Shown here: positions 26,111 through 35,214 of the stretch, in pieces | How positions within the stretch are numbered: the stretch's first letter is position 1 | Layout: each line of letters begins with the position of its first letter | Origin: an archaeon | GTDB lineage: Archaea; Iainarchaeota; Iainarchaeia; Iainarchaeales; JAAZKV01 | Assembly (NCBI GenBank): GCA_041664905.1 | Contig: JBAYJX010000003.1 | Span: forward strand, 537-64,536 | Reading direction: 5' to 3' | DNA length: 64,000 nt | Made by a program: the position numbers and the translations under genes | The notes under the pieces: model-generated | Database searches by the model: none | What the model saw: only the letters and a program-made list of their open reading frames with translations | What the model was told of the DNA's origin: nothing

Positions 26111-27007
26111 TTATTTTTTCTCTAGTTTTATTTCTTGTAATCTTAAGTCTTTTGCAACTTCGCTTATTGCTTCTTTTAGTGTAATTTTTTGTTTGTATCC
26201 TAGTTTTTCAATTTTTGTTATCTCGTAGTTTCTTTCTTTTGATAAGTGTCTAATGTTTCCCATTGAGAGTACTTTCATTCCAAGTATTTTTCCCAAAAAC
26301 ACTCCCAAAAAAGTTGGAATGTGTTTTACTCCTTTTGGGAGTAGTAGTTCTTCTTGCACCATTTCGCAGAACTGGTTTAGTGTTTTTTTTTCTTTTCCGC
26401 TAACTAAATAAGTTTCTTTATTTTTTCCTTTTTCAAGCACCTTAACAATTGCGTGTGCGAGTTCTTTTACATAAATTATTTGGAAAGTATTTGTTCCCGT
26501 ACAAGGTAGGGGATACTTTTTCTTAAGCATTTTGAACATTTTTTTCCAGTATTCATTTGCCCCAAATATCATTGCGCTTCGAACCACACAAACAGTGGTT
26601 TTTGATTTAATCCCTAAAACAATTTGTTCTCCAGTAACTTTGCTTTTTTCATAAGTGTTTTCTGGGGTAACCGGAGTTTTTTCATTTACTTCGCGAGTTG
26701 TAAACCCATACACTCCAGTTGTGCTCATGAAAATTAGTTTTTTTAGTTTGGTTTTTTCTGCTGCGTGGGCAATATTTTTTGTTCCTTCAACATTTATTTT
26801 CCAAAGGGCAGGATTTTCGTTTTCAACTATTCCCGCAAGGTGTATACAGCAGGAGGCTTTTTTCATCTCAGTTTCAATTTGTTCTTGATTTAGTATGTTT
26901 TTTCCGTTTGAAATATCAAATTCAATCACAGTGTGTTTGTTTTTACAAAGTACCTTAAGCACTTCTTTTCCCAAAAACCCGCTTGACCCAGTTAGTAGTA
27001 CTTTCAT
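26111..27007 (-). CDS. NAD-dependent epimerase/dehydratase
   Basis: 'MKVLLTGSSGFLGKEV' Rossmann motif with SDR-like spacing. Confidence 0.8.
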   Translation of the reverse strand: MKVLLTGSSGFLGKEVLKVLCKNKHTVIEFDISNGKNILNQEQIETEMKKASCCIHLAGIVENENPALWKINVEGTKNIAHAAEKTKLKKLIFMSTTGVYGFTTREVNEKTPVTPENTYEKSKVTGEQIVLGIKSKTTVCVVRSAMIFGANEYWKKMFKMLKKKYPLPCTGTNTFQIIYVKELAHAIVKVLEKGKNKETYLVSGKEKKTLNQFCEMVQEELLLPKGVKHIPTFLGVFLGKILGMKVLSMGNIRHLSKERNYEITKIEKLGYKQKITLKEAISEVAKDLRLQEIKLEKK

Positions 27008-27020
27008 AGTATCACATAGT

Positions 27021-27821
27021 TTAAATGAATATTAACATAATAAAGTTTGGTTGTAGGATTGCGCCGAGTACCCCGACTAAAATAAATGGTCCGAAAGGAG
27101 GCAATTTTCGTAAAACATAAATACTTTTGATTCCTGCTTTTTTTAGTAATTTGATTTCGTTTGGTCCAATTAATTGTTTCCCTTTTAATAATTTAATTAC
27201 TTTGGCCAGATTTCTTTCAGGCGCAATAACTTCATCTTCTTCCAAGTTTTTCATTAATACTTTTGCTTCAAAAAAGTTTTTTGTAATTCCGTTTTGAAAA
27301 GCAATAAATACGAGTCCGAATAACATCGGGATAATTACTATTTCAGCGCTTAGTGTGCTCAAAAAACCCATTGTAGTTAGTGAATAGAAATATACTATAA
27401 CTATTGCTCCAAGGATTATTGCGCGAAATATACTTTTTTTATTTTCTTCAAGGTTTATTCCTTTTCTAAAATATTTTATTCCATAATAAACCGAATAAAA
27501 CACCATTGAGCTCATTGCCGCAAATAGCATTATTGTCGCGAGGAAAACAAAATCATTATATGGGTTAAGGAGTGCAATTCCAACAAATAGTTTGACATCT
27601 CCTCCGCCTAGTTTTCCGAGTTTGTAAACCAAATATAAAATAAAAAATAATCCAACTCCGATTATTAGGTTGTTCCATTGTTGCAAAATTATTGAGATTA
27701 ATAATCCGATTATTATCATAGGAATTGTTATCCAATCATAAATGTACCCAGTTTTAGCATCAGTTACTGCGCCAAGTGTAGTTCCAAGTAGTAGTGCTGC
27801 TTGTTGTAGTAGAATTAACAT
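27021..27821 (-). CDS. A24-family prepilin/preflagellin peptidase
   Basis: Catalytic Asp motifs 'DAKTGYIYDW' and 'GGGDVKLF'. Polytopic membrane protein. Confidence 0.8.
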   Translation of the reverse strand: MLILLQQAALLLGTTLGAVTDAKTGYIYDWITIPMIIIGLLISIILQQWNNLIIGVGLFFILYLVYKLGKLGGGDVKLFVGIALLNPYNDFVFLATIMLFAAMSSMVFYSVYYGIKYFRKGINLEENKKSIFRAIILGAIVIVYFYSLTTMGFLSTLSAEIVIIPMLFGLVFIAFQNGITKNFFEAKVLMKNLEEDEVIAPERNLAKVIKLLKGKQLIGPNEIKLLKKAGIKSIYVLRKLPPFGPFILVGVLGAILQPNFIMLIFI

Positions 27822-27884
27822 ACAAATAATAGGTTTTTGGGTTTTATTTAATTAACTGTTTAAGGTTTTTTGTTTCAAACTGTT

Positions 27885-28466
27885 TTATTGTATTTCAATG
27901 TATAAGTCAGCTTGTGTGTGTGCATTTTTGGGGGCATCAATTTCTTTAAATCCAAATGATTTGTAGTAGTTTGAAAGTTTAGCATTAGCCGGAGAGTTAA
28001 TTACTATTCTGTAATTGTGTGATTTGAAGTGTTTTATTCCCATTTGTTTTATTTCGTCCAAAACTGTTTGAAAGTAACCTCTTCCCCTTTCAGCCAGAAG
28101 TGGTAATGGGGCAGTATCAACTGGCCCTAAAGTAGATTTTCCTATTGCGTTTAGTTTGATTTCTCTTTTTGGGGTGTAAACAAAAATGTTTGCTCCCCTC
28201 GGCTCGCTTTTTTTTTCAGATATTTTTCTAACTGTAATTCGGTATGTAAAGTCTGCGTCAGTCGGGGTAATAGGGATTTGTGTTATTTCTCTAGAGACTG
28301 TAAATATTTCCCCTGCTTTGTTTTTGTATACTCTTTCGCGAACTCCTTTTGGAGTAGAAGGAGTTTTTGTTGCTCTTCTAAATGCTTTTTGTTCGACAAG
28401 TGGTGCTCTTTTCATTCCATATTTTCTTCGCAAGAATTTTTTAGCGACAGTTATTGGATTTATCAT
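27885..28466 (-). CDS. GNAT-like protein with a conserved basic N-terminal tail (paralog A)
   Basis: 'ERGRGYFQTVLDEIKQMG...NAKLSNYYKSFGFKE' (GNAT motif A/B pattern). N-terminus 'KKFLRRKYG...RERVYKNKAGEIFTVSRE'. Confidence 0.5.
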   Translation of the reverse strand: MINPITVAKKFLRRKYGMKRAPLVEQKAFRRATKTPSTPKGVRERVYKNKAGEIFTVSREITQIPITPTDADFTYRITVRKISEKKSEPRGANIFVYTPKREIKLNAIGKSTLGPVDTAPLPLLAERGRGYFQTVLDEIKQMGIKHFKSHNYRIVINSPANAKLSNYYKSFGFKEIDAPKNAHTQADLYIEIQ

Positions 28467-28479
28467 GAAATCACTTTAT

Positions 28480-29049
28480 TTAATTTATTTTTTGAATTAA
28501 ACTTGGTTTGTTTGTTTTTCCTAATTTAGTTTCTGTAAGTCCAAATGATTTTAAATAACTTAAAACTTTTAGGTTTGTTGGAACATCCATAGTAATAGTG
28601 TAGTTGTGTCCATCAAAGTGTTTTTGTCCAAGTTGTTTCATTTCATCAAGAATTGCGGTGAAGTGTCCTCGTCCTTTTTCCCCTCCTTTTGGTGCAAGTT
28701 CTGTATCAATATATTCTCCATTAAATTTTCCTAGTGAATTAAGCCTAATAGTTCGGGGAGTACTCTCCACTTCAACTTCTGCACTTGTGGGTGTGTGAGC
28801 AGATCCATTTATTTTTTCAATCGCGATAGCATAGTGGATTGTATTCACTTTTTTTAGATGTGGTTGTTCTTCTCTTGAAACGCTAAACATTTCTCCCGCT
28901 TTGTTTTTGTATACTCTTGCGCGGTGTCCGTTAGGTTTTGTTTGGGATTTAGTTAAATTTCTAAATTTAATGTGCTCTTGCACGGTTGCTTTTGTTATTT
29001 GGTATCTTCTTCTAAAGAATTGTCTTATTGCTCTTAGTGGGTTATACAT
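28480..29049 (-). CDS. GNAT-like protein with a conserved basic N-terminal tail (paralog B)
   Basis: 'EKGRGHFTAILDEMKQLG...LKVLSYLKSFGLTE'. N-terminus 'RQFFRRRYQ...RARVYKNKAGEMFSVSRE'. Tandem with 27885..28466. Confidence 0.5.
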   Translation of the reverse strand: MYNPLRAIRQFFRRRYQITKATVQEHIKFRNLTKSQTKPNGHRARVYKNKAGEMFSVSREEQPHLKKVNTIHYAIAIEKINGSAHTPTSAEVEVESTPRTIRLNSLGKFNGEYIDTELAPKGGEKGRGHFTAILDEMKQLGQKHFDGHNYTITMDVPTNLKVLSYLKSFGLTETKLGKTNKPSLIQKIN

Positions 29050-29074
29050 GAAATCACTTTTTTTTCAATCTGCT

Positions 29075-32000
29075 TTATCTTAACCTAAACTTTTTTTGTC
29101 CTTTTTTTCCTTGCATTTGTCTTAACATATCTCCGATTCCTTTTTCTCCAAAGTTTTTCATTGCTTTTTCACTTTGAATGTTTTTAAATTTTTTAAACAT
29201 TTTTTTCATTTGTTTGTATTGTTTTATTAGTTCTCGTACATCTTCAATCTTTGCTCCCGCCCCTTTTGCAATTCTTTCTAATCTGTTTCTGTTCAGCACT
29301 TCGGGATCTATTCTTTCTTGTTCTGTCATTGAATCAATTATTACTTTGAATGAATCCATTTTGTCTTGGCCTGCTTCTAGCATTTCTTTTGGTAGTTTTA
29401 CACTTAACCCAAGCATTTCAGCTACTTTGTTTAGTGGTCCCATTTTTTTTGTTGCTTTTAGTTGTTCATAAAACATTCTTAAATTAAAATTTCCTTTCAT
29501 GAGTTCTTCCGGATCAAGGTTTTCCATTTCTGCTTCTTTTGCTTTTTCTAGTAATCCTTGTAAATCTCCATAACCCATGATTCGCGACAAATATCTATTA
29601 GCATCAAAGGACTCAAATTCGTTAAGTTTTTCTCCAACTGAGATAAAGTATACGCTAGCACCAGTTTCGTTGCATGCAACAAGTGCTCCTCCTCCTTTTG
29701 ATGATCCATCCATTCTTGTAATTATTACTCCGTTTATTCCTACTGCGTTGTGGAATGCTTGGGCTTGTTTTTTTGCCAAGTTTCCCATATCTGCTCCAAT
29801 AACGAGCCACTTTTCTTCACTTGCAAATGCTTTGTCAATTTCTTGTATTTCGCTAACTAGGTCACTATCAAGTCCGCTTCTTCCTGCTGAGTCGCAAATA
29901 ATTAAATCGCACCCTTTCCCTGTAAGTTCTTTTATTCCAGCTTTAATTATTTTTTCTGGTTTTGTTTCGCCTTTTATTCCAAAGAAATCTGCTCCGGCAA
30001 GTTTTGCATTTGTTTGTAATTGTTCAAATGCAGCTGGTCGGAATGTATCTGCACAAATCACTCCTACTTTTTTTTCTCGTTTTGTGTAATAGTGTGCAAG
30101 TTTTCCTGCTGCAGTAGTATTGTGAACGATAATGTGGTTTGCCACAAAGTTATGGTAATCTTCTACTGTTAGATCATAAACATATTCTGTATTGTCCACA
30201 ATTTCAATTTTCTTTATTTTTATCCATGCGATTTCAGCGGTTGCGAGTTTTTCAAGTTGTGTGAGTTTTGTTTGGTCAAAGGATTGAACAGTTTTGATTA
30301 GTTGCATTCCATTAGTGGTTATTTGTGCTAATCCATTATTTTGTTTTATTAAGTTTAGTTCTTCTAATCTGCAAATATTTGCAGTAACCCAGCCCAAAGG
30401 TTCATTTAATTTTTCTGCTAGTTGTTTTGAGCTTGTTTCTTCAAAAGTTGCGCGTAGTAATTCTTCGTTTTTATTTTTCGTTTTTGTTAGTGCAATTAGA
30501 AAGTTTTGTAATGCATTTCTTGAAATTAATCCTTCGTTTTCATATGTTCCGTACGAGCTTACATATTTTTGTATTTCTCCTATTGTGGTGCCATAATATT
30601 CTCGCACTTCTTTTAATCTTGGCCCAACATGAAGCATTTCTTGTTTTCCATAAGTTTGTCCCTCTCCCACGCTTGCCATTTGAGTTAATCTCTGTTGTTT
30701 AAACTCTGTCTTTGAACCAATTTCTTTTGCAAAAAGTTCAACGTCTTTTGCCTTCAGGAAGACTCTAAAGTAATCTTTTTCCTTTATTTTGCGTTTGGAA
30801 AAACTTGGCACAAGGTCAAAACTTGATAGCAGTACTCTTAGGTCTTCAGCCATCATTTTGCTTGCAGTGCAAAATTCAATGCTTCGTTTACCTTTCGCTA
30901 TGTATCCATCGCAATCAAAGTATGCCTGGAGAAAGGTAATTTTAGTTTCTTTATTTGCTTGAAGTATTTGTTTTGGGATTCTTATTTTGTCACTTTTTTT
31001 GTTAAATGGTGCCCCGAAAGCAGAGTTTATGAATTGGGTCAATATGATTGAACCGAAAATAACTTTTTTTAGATTTTTGGTGCGGATGTCTTTTTTGACA
31101 CTTGGTTTTAGGTTAAATAGGTTTTCTCCGAGAATGGTTATTCTTTCGATTAGGGCGTCTTCTTCGTTTACTATTTCGAGATACTTTTTTGTCAGGTGTC
31201 CATCGGCATAAAAGTAACCTAAAAACTCGGCTAACTCTGGGGTCATGCATAAGGGAAGTGTAATTTTTCTTGCTCCACTGTTTGCTTTTCCTGCAACAAT
31301 TTTTTCTTCAGGGTTATATGTATAACCTAAAGAAATTATTTTTTTCAACGTTGTTTGCCTTATTATTCCGGACTTTAAGTTTGAAGTAAAAGTTATGTAA
31401 GAATAATTTTCATTCAGGATTGTGAAGGCGTTGTGTAGTGTAATGTAATTTGTTTTTAAGTAATTAGTTATTTCTTTACAGATTTTTAAATCATTAATTT
31501 GTAAATCTTCGCTTATTATGTAACCTAATCTTGGCGAGTTTTCTTCGCTGGATTCAATTGTTATTTTTCTAGGGGTTGCGATAAACTGCCCGAGCTTTAT
31601 TGCTTCAGCCTTTATTTTTTTTACTTCCGAGTTTTCCAGAACAAAAAATGGGTGTTCTGGGGTGGTGGTGATGTGGTGGTTATTTCCATTGTCAAGTGTG
31701 ATTTTATAGAGTGGCTGATCTTTTTTTAATTTCCACAAATGGGTTGCTTTTGATTTTATTATTTTCATGCTTATGGGGTCCCACGAAAAGACGTCAACTG
31801 GTTTTGATAATTCATTTGCAAAACCATCTTCTAAAGAAAGTTCTGTTTCTTGATTTTTATCATACAGCTCTTTTATTGTTTGTATTTCTCCGCTTGGGGT
31901 TGGCACAATAGTTTCTGGGTGCACACATTTCCCTGCCCCAAATAATCCACATAGTAGTATTCTTTTTGGATTCTCGGGGGTTTTTTGTCCACCCAGCATT

Positions 32001-32242
32001 TCTACTAGTGCATCGTAAGTAACTTTTGTAATGTGTTCTCTTCGAGACAAAGTCCCTTTTATTTCTCCGAAAGCGTTTTCTTCTATTTTTTTAGAAATAG
32101 TAAATACTGTTGTTGTATCAACGTTTGCAGAAATTAGTGCTCTTTGGATTTCTTTTATTGCTTCTTTTACTGTTTCTTTGTCTACTATTCCTGCGCCTTG
32201 GATTTTGTCCATTGCTTTTCGTAGTGTTTCTCCTAAACCCAT
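29075..32242 (-). CDS. srp54: signal recognition particle protein SRP54, intein-containing
   Basis: N domain, then G domain 'LLCGLFGAGK|intein|TTAAGKLAHYY', 'DTFRPAA' and 'DSAGR', then M domain. AGGTG lies upstream of the ATG at 32242. Confidence 0.9.
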   Translation of the reverse strand: MGLGETLRKAMDKIQGAGIVDKETVKEAIKEIQRALISANVDTTTVFTISKKIEENAFGEIKGTLSRREHITKVTYDALVEMLGGQKTPENPKRILLCGLFGAGKCVHPETIVPTPSGEIQTIKELYDKNQETELSLEDGFANELSKPVDVFSWDPISMKIIKSKATHLWKLKKDQPLYKITLDNGNNHHITTTPEHPFFVLENSEVKKIKAEAIKLGQFIATPRKITIESSEENSPRLGYIISEDLQINDLKICKEITNYLKTNYITLHNAFTILNENYSYITFTSNLKSGIIRQTTLKKIISLGYTYNPEEKIVAGKANSGARKITLPLCMTPELAEFLGYFYADGHLTKKYLEIVNEEDALIERITILGENLFNLKPSVKKDIRTKNLKKVIFGSIILTQFINSAFGAPFNKKSDKIRIPKQILQANKETKITFLQAYFDCDGYIAKGKRSIEFCTASKMMAEDLRVLLSSFDLVPSFSKRKIKEKDYFRVFLKAKDVELFAKEIGSKTEFKQQRLTQMASVGEGQTYGKQEMLHVGPRLKEVREYYGTTIGEIQKYVSSYGTYENEGLISRNALQNFLIALTKTKNKNEELLRATFEETSSKQLAEKLNEPLGWVTANICRLEELNLIKQNNGLAQITTNGMQLIKTVQSFDQTKLTQLEKLATAEIAWIKIKKIEIVDNTEYVYDLTVEDYHNFVANHIIVHNTTAAGKLAHYYTKREKKVGVICADTFRPAAFEQLQTNAKLAGADFFGIKGETKPEKIIKAGIKELTGKGCDLIICDSAGRSGLDSDLVSEIQEIDKAFASEEKWLVIGADMGNLAKKQAQAFHNAVGINGVIITRMDGSSKGGGALVACNETGASVYFISVGEKLNEFESFDANRYLSRIMGYGDLQGLLEKAKEAEMENLDPEELMKGNFNLRMFYEQLKATKKMGPLNKVAEMLGLSVKLPKEMLEAGQDKMDSFKVIIDSMTEQERIDPEVLNRNRLERIAKGAGAKIEDVRELIKQYKQMKKMFKKFKNIQSEKAMKNFGEKGIGDMLRQMQGKKGQKKFRLR
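30119..31927 (-). mobile_element. intein (603 aa) with LAGLIDADG homing endonuclease, inserted in the SRP54 P-loop
   Basis: Starts 'CVHPETIV' with block B 'TTPEHPF'. Ends 'YVYDLTVEDYHNFVANHIIVHN' before the +1 Thr. LAGLIDADG 'LAEFLGYFYADGHL' and 'FLQAYFDCDGYI'. 108 + 603 + 347 aa = 1058 aa. Confidence 0.9.
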
Positions 32243-32382
32243 TATTTGCACCTATATAGATAGTGTTTTGCGAATAACTTTAAACGCTTTGGTTTAGCCT
32301 AAATAAATATCTCGTTTATGGGTAGTAGTTGCTTTTACATATGCTTTTAAATCTTTAAATCTATTTTAGTTTAGGTGATTTT

Positions 32383-32958
32383 GTGGATCCTTTAACATTA
32401 GTTTTAGTAGCAATAATCGGGTTTGTAGTTTTAGTTGGGATAGTTGCGGTTGTTATCTACAATTCGTTAGTTACTGTTCTAAAGCAAGTTGATAATGCTT
32501 GGGCACAGATTGATGTTCAACTTAAGAGAAGGGCTGATTTGATTCCTAATTTAGTTGAAACTGTTAAAGGTTATGCAAAGTTTGAGAAGAGTGTTCTTGA
32601 GGGCGTAACTCAAGCAAGAACTGCTTTAATGTCAGCAAAGAATCCTAAGGATGCAGCGAAAGCTGATAATATGCTTACGGGTGCATTGAAAAGTATTTTT
32701 GCTGTAGCGGAAGCTTATCCTGTTCTAAAAGCTAATGAAAATTTTAAGGCTTTACAGGAAGAGTTGTCTTCAACTGAGAACAAAGTTGCTTTTGCTCGAC
32801 AGTTCTACAATGATATGGTTACAAAGTGGAATACAATGATTCTAACTTTCCCTAACAATTTCTTTGCTGGTATGTTTGGGATGAATAAAGAAAGAGAGCT
32901 TTTTGCTGCAAACGAAAGCGAAAGAGCTTCTGTTAAAGTTGATTTCTCTAAAATGTAA
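32383..32958 (+). CDS. lemA: LemA family membrane protein
   Basis: N-terminal TM segment, then 'IDVQLKRRADLIPNLVETVKGYAKFE'. Confidence 0.85.
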   Translation: MDPLTLVLVAIIGFVVLVGIVAVVIYNSLVTVLKQVDNAWAQIDVQLKRRADLIPNLVETVKGYAKFEKSVLEGVTQARTALMSAKNPKDAAKADNMLTGALKSIFAVAEAYPVLKANENFKALQEELSSTENKVAFARQFYNDMVTKWNTMILTFPNNFFAGMFGMNKERELFAANESERASVKVDFSKM

Positions 32959-33006
32959 GTTAGTTCGCAAGAGCACTTTTTGTGCTTTTGCTTTTTATTT
33001 TTTTAG

Positions 33007-33933
33007 GTGACTTTGATGCCCACTATGGATTTTTACAAGCAAATTGAAGATAATAAACGTATGACTTACTTGATGTTTTTAGCTTTTTTTATTCTAATTG
33101 GAATTTTAGCTTTTTTGATTTCTGCTATTCTTGGCGGGCTTAACATTTATGGCTTAACATATTTCTCGGTAATGGGAATTTTGATTATTGTTTTTGCGGT
33201 TTTTTCTTATTATTCTTGTGATTCTATTGTAACCGCTGTTTCTGGTGCAAAGAAAGCTGATCGTCAACAGTATAGGCAGTTGTATAATTTGGTTGAAGAG
33301 ATGTGTATTGCTGGGGGTCTTCCCGAGCCGCGAGTTTTTATTATTGAGGATACTGCGATTAATGCTTTTGCTACCGGCAGAGATCCACAACATGCAGTTG
33401 TTTGTGTTACAACTGGTGCATTAACTTTATTGAATAGAGATGAACTTCAAGGAGTAATTGCTCATGAATTATCTCACATAAAAAATTATGATATTAGAAC
33501 AATGTCAATTGCAACTGTGTTAGTAGGGGTAGCAGTTCTTCTTTCCGATTTAATTTTGAGATTTGCACTTTATTCAAGAGGGGATTCTGATTCAAAAGAT
33601 AATAAACTTTTTATTGTTTTAATTGTTGTTGCAATAATTTTAGCAGCGCTCACTCCTTTAATTGCTAATATGATTAAACTTGCTGTTTCAAGAAAAAGAG
33701 AATTTGCTGCAGATGCGGGTTCTGCTCAAATGACTCGTAACCCGCAAGGGCTAGCTAGTGCTTTGGAAAAGATTTCAAAAGATATTGAGCCTCTTGAAGC
33801 TGCAAATAAAGCTACCGCTCACTTGTATATTGCCGATCCTTTAAAGAATACAAAAGGTTTGTGGTTGAAAAATATGTTCCAGACTCATCCGCCCATAGAA
33901 CAAAGAATTTCTTTGCTTAAAGGAATGAAGTGA
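33007..33933 (+). CDS. htpX: M48 zinc metalloprotease HtpX
   Basis: 'HELSHIKNYD' (HExxH), TM segments, 'EFAADAGSA'. Usual LemA-HtpX pairing. Start codon uncertain. Confidence 0.85.
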   Translation: MTLMPTMDFYKQIEDNKRMTYLMFLAFFILIGILAFLISAILGGLNIYGLTYFSVMGILIIVFAVFSYYSCDSIVTAVSGAKKADRQQYRQLYNLVEEMCIAGGLPEPRVFIIEDTAINAFATGRDPQHAVVCVTTGALTLLNRDELQGVIAHELSHIKNYDIRTMSIATVLVGVAVLLSDLILRFALYSRGDSDSKDNKLFIVLIVVAIILAALTPLIANMIKLAVSRKREFAADAGSAQMTRNPQGLASALEKISKDIEPLEAANKATAHLYIADPLKNTKGLWLKNMFQTHPPIEQRISLLKGMK

Positions 33934-33941
33934 TTTTTTTT

Positions 33942-34652
33942 ATGGCGCGGCGTACGCTTCGTAAATTTTTAGCTTTTGAAGAACTTGCCTCAAATAGGGT
34001 TGGTTCATTAAAACAATCTGTTCGTAAGCGTGGTTTTACTAAAGCTCTTATAAGAGCAGGGACTGCTCAAAGTTTGCGGATTTCTCGCAAGGAAGACCTT
34101 AAACGTACGGGTGGTAGGTGGAACGTAAGTTTTGATGCAGGTCTAACCCAGCTCAATACTTTTTTTCGCGCAGATTTAATTAAAGAAGCTAAATCTGCGT
34201 TCAAATCAACTGGTTCTGGAGTAAAGCACGTTGTGGATATTGGTTGTGGTACTGGGAGGGGCGCGGTTGAATTTGCTCAAAAAATTGGTCCAGGGGTTCG
34301 CGTATCTGCGACAGGGACAAAAATTCTTCCCGATTGGCAGTCTCATATAGGTCATGAAAGCGTTGACTTTAAAGTTGCGCATGGTCAAAATCTTTCAAAG
34401 AGATTTGCACCAGGTTCAGTGGATTTTATTTTTTCAAACTTAGGAATTATGCATTCGCAAGTAACCAGACACTCTTTAGTAGAGTGTTATAAAATATTAA
34501 AAAAACATGGTCGTTTAGTTTTAACAATTTCAGTTGAGCGGTTGCATCAAAAAGATTTAAATTATACAGGGCTTTTCAAAGAATATAAAACCCACCAATT
34601 TGTATTTTTTGGGGATGCGAGTTTAGTTTCATTTTTTTTAGAAAAGCGTTGA
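33942..34652 (+). CDS. class I SAM-dependent methyltransferase-like protein with a basic N-terminal extension
   Basis: Motif I 'VVDIGCGTGRGAVEF'. N-terminus 'MARRTLRKFLAF...VRKRGFTKALIRAG'. Confidence 0.6.
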   Translation: MARRTLRKFLAFEELASNRVGSLKQSVRKRGFTKALIRAGTAQSLRISRKEDLKRTGGRWNVSFDAGLTQLNTFFRADLIKEAKSAFKSTGSGVKHVVDIGCGTGRGAVEFAQKIGPGVRVSATGTKILPDWQSHIGHESVDFKVAHGQNLSKRFAPGSVDFIFSNLGIMHSQVTRHSLVECYKILKKHGRLVLTISVERLHQKDLNYTGLFKEYKTHQFVFFGDASLVSFFLEKR

Positions 34653-34656
34653 TTGT

Positions 34657-35205
34657 TTAGAAATCAACCATTGTGAACAGTAATTTTCCATTTATGTCTA
34701 TATCCACTAAAATATTTGCTCCGAAAAAATCCACTATTTCTAATTCTTCAATAGCATTGTGTTTTTGGTAAAACTCTTCTGCAGCTTTTTGATATTTTAA
34801 GTATAGTTCTTTTTGTGTTAAGCCTGTTTTTTCAAGCATGGCTTTTACTTTTTGAGAAGGTTTAAAATTACCATATTTGCTCAGATAAAGATCTGACAGT
34901 TCTGTTGCTGTTGGAAAAGGATAATACTTTTCAACAATTTTTCCGTTTGCATAATATCTTTTTGATACCTTTAAAGTGTAATTTTTTCCTTGTAGTTCTT
35001 TTAGGTGTTTAATTACTAATCTTCTGTGAATTTTTTCTCCTTCTTGTCGAGTTATTGGTTGTTTTTTTATTAGCATTTGTTTTCTGCGTAGTTTTGCTGT
35101 CCAAAAAAGTTGTTTTCTATAGGTATTGCGGTTGAAGACTACTAAAGGTCTAAAGGTAAGTGTTCTTTTTGCTTTTTTTAATAGGTGTTTAATTTTCCTT
35201 AACAA
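34657..35205 (-). CDS. hypothetical basic protein (dispersed orphan family)
   Basis: 'MLRKIKHLLKKAKRTL...', 'KRYYANGKIVEKYY', and the C-terminus 'FFGANILVDIDINGKLLFTMVDF'. Confidence 0.4.
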   Translation of the reverse strand: MLRKIKHLLKKAKRTLTFRPLVVFNRNTYRKQLFWTAKLRRKQMLIKKQPITRQEGEKIHRRLVIKHLKELQGKNYTLKVSKRYYANGKIVEKYYPFPTATELSDLYLSKYGNFKPSQKVKAMLEKTGLTQKELYLKYQKAAEEFYQKHNAIEELEIVDFFGANILVDIDINGKLLFTMVDF

Positions 35206-35214
35206 AATTTCACC

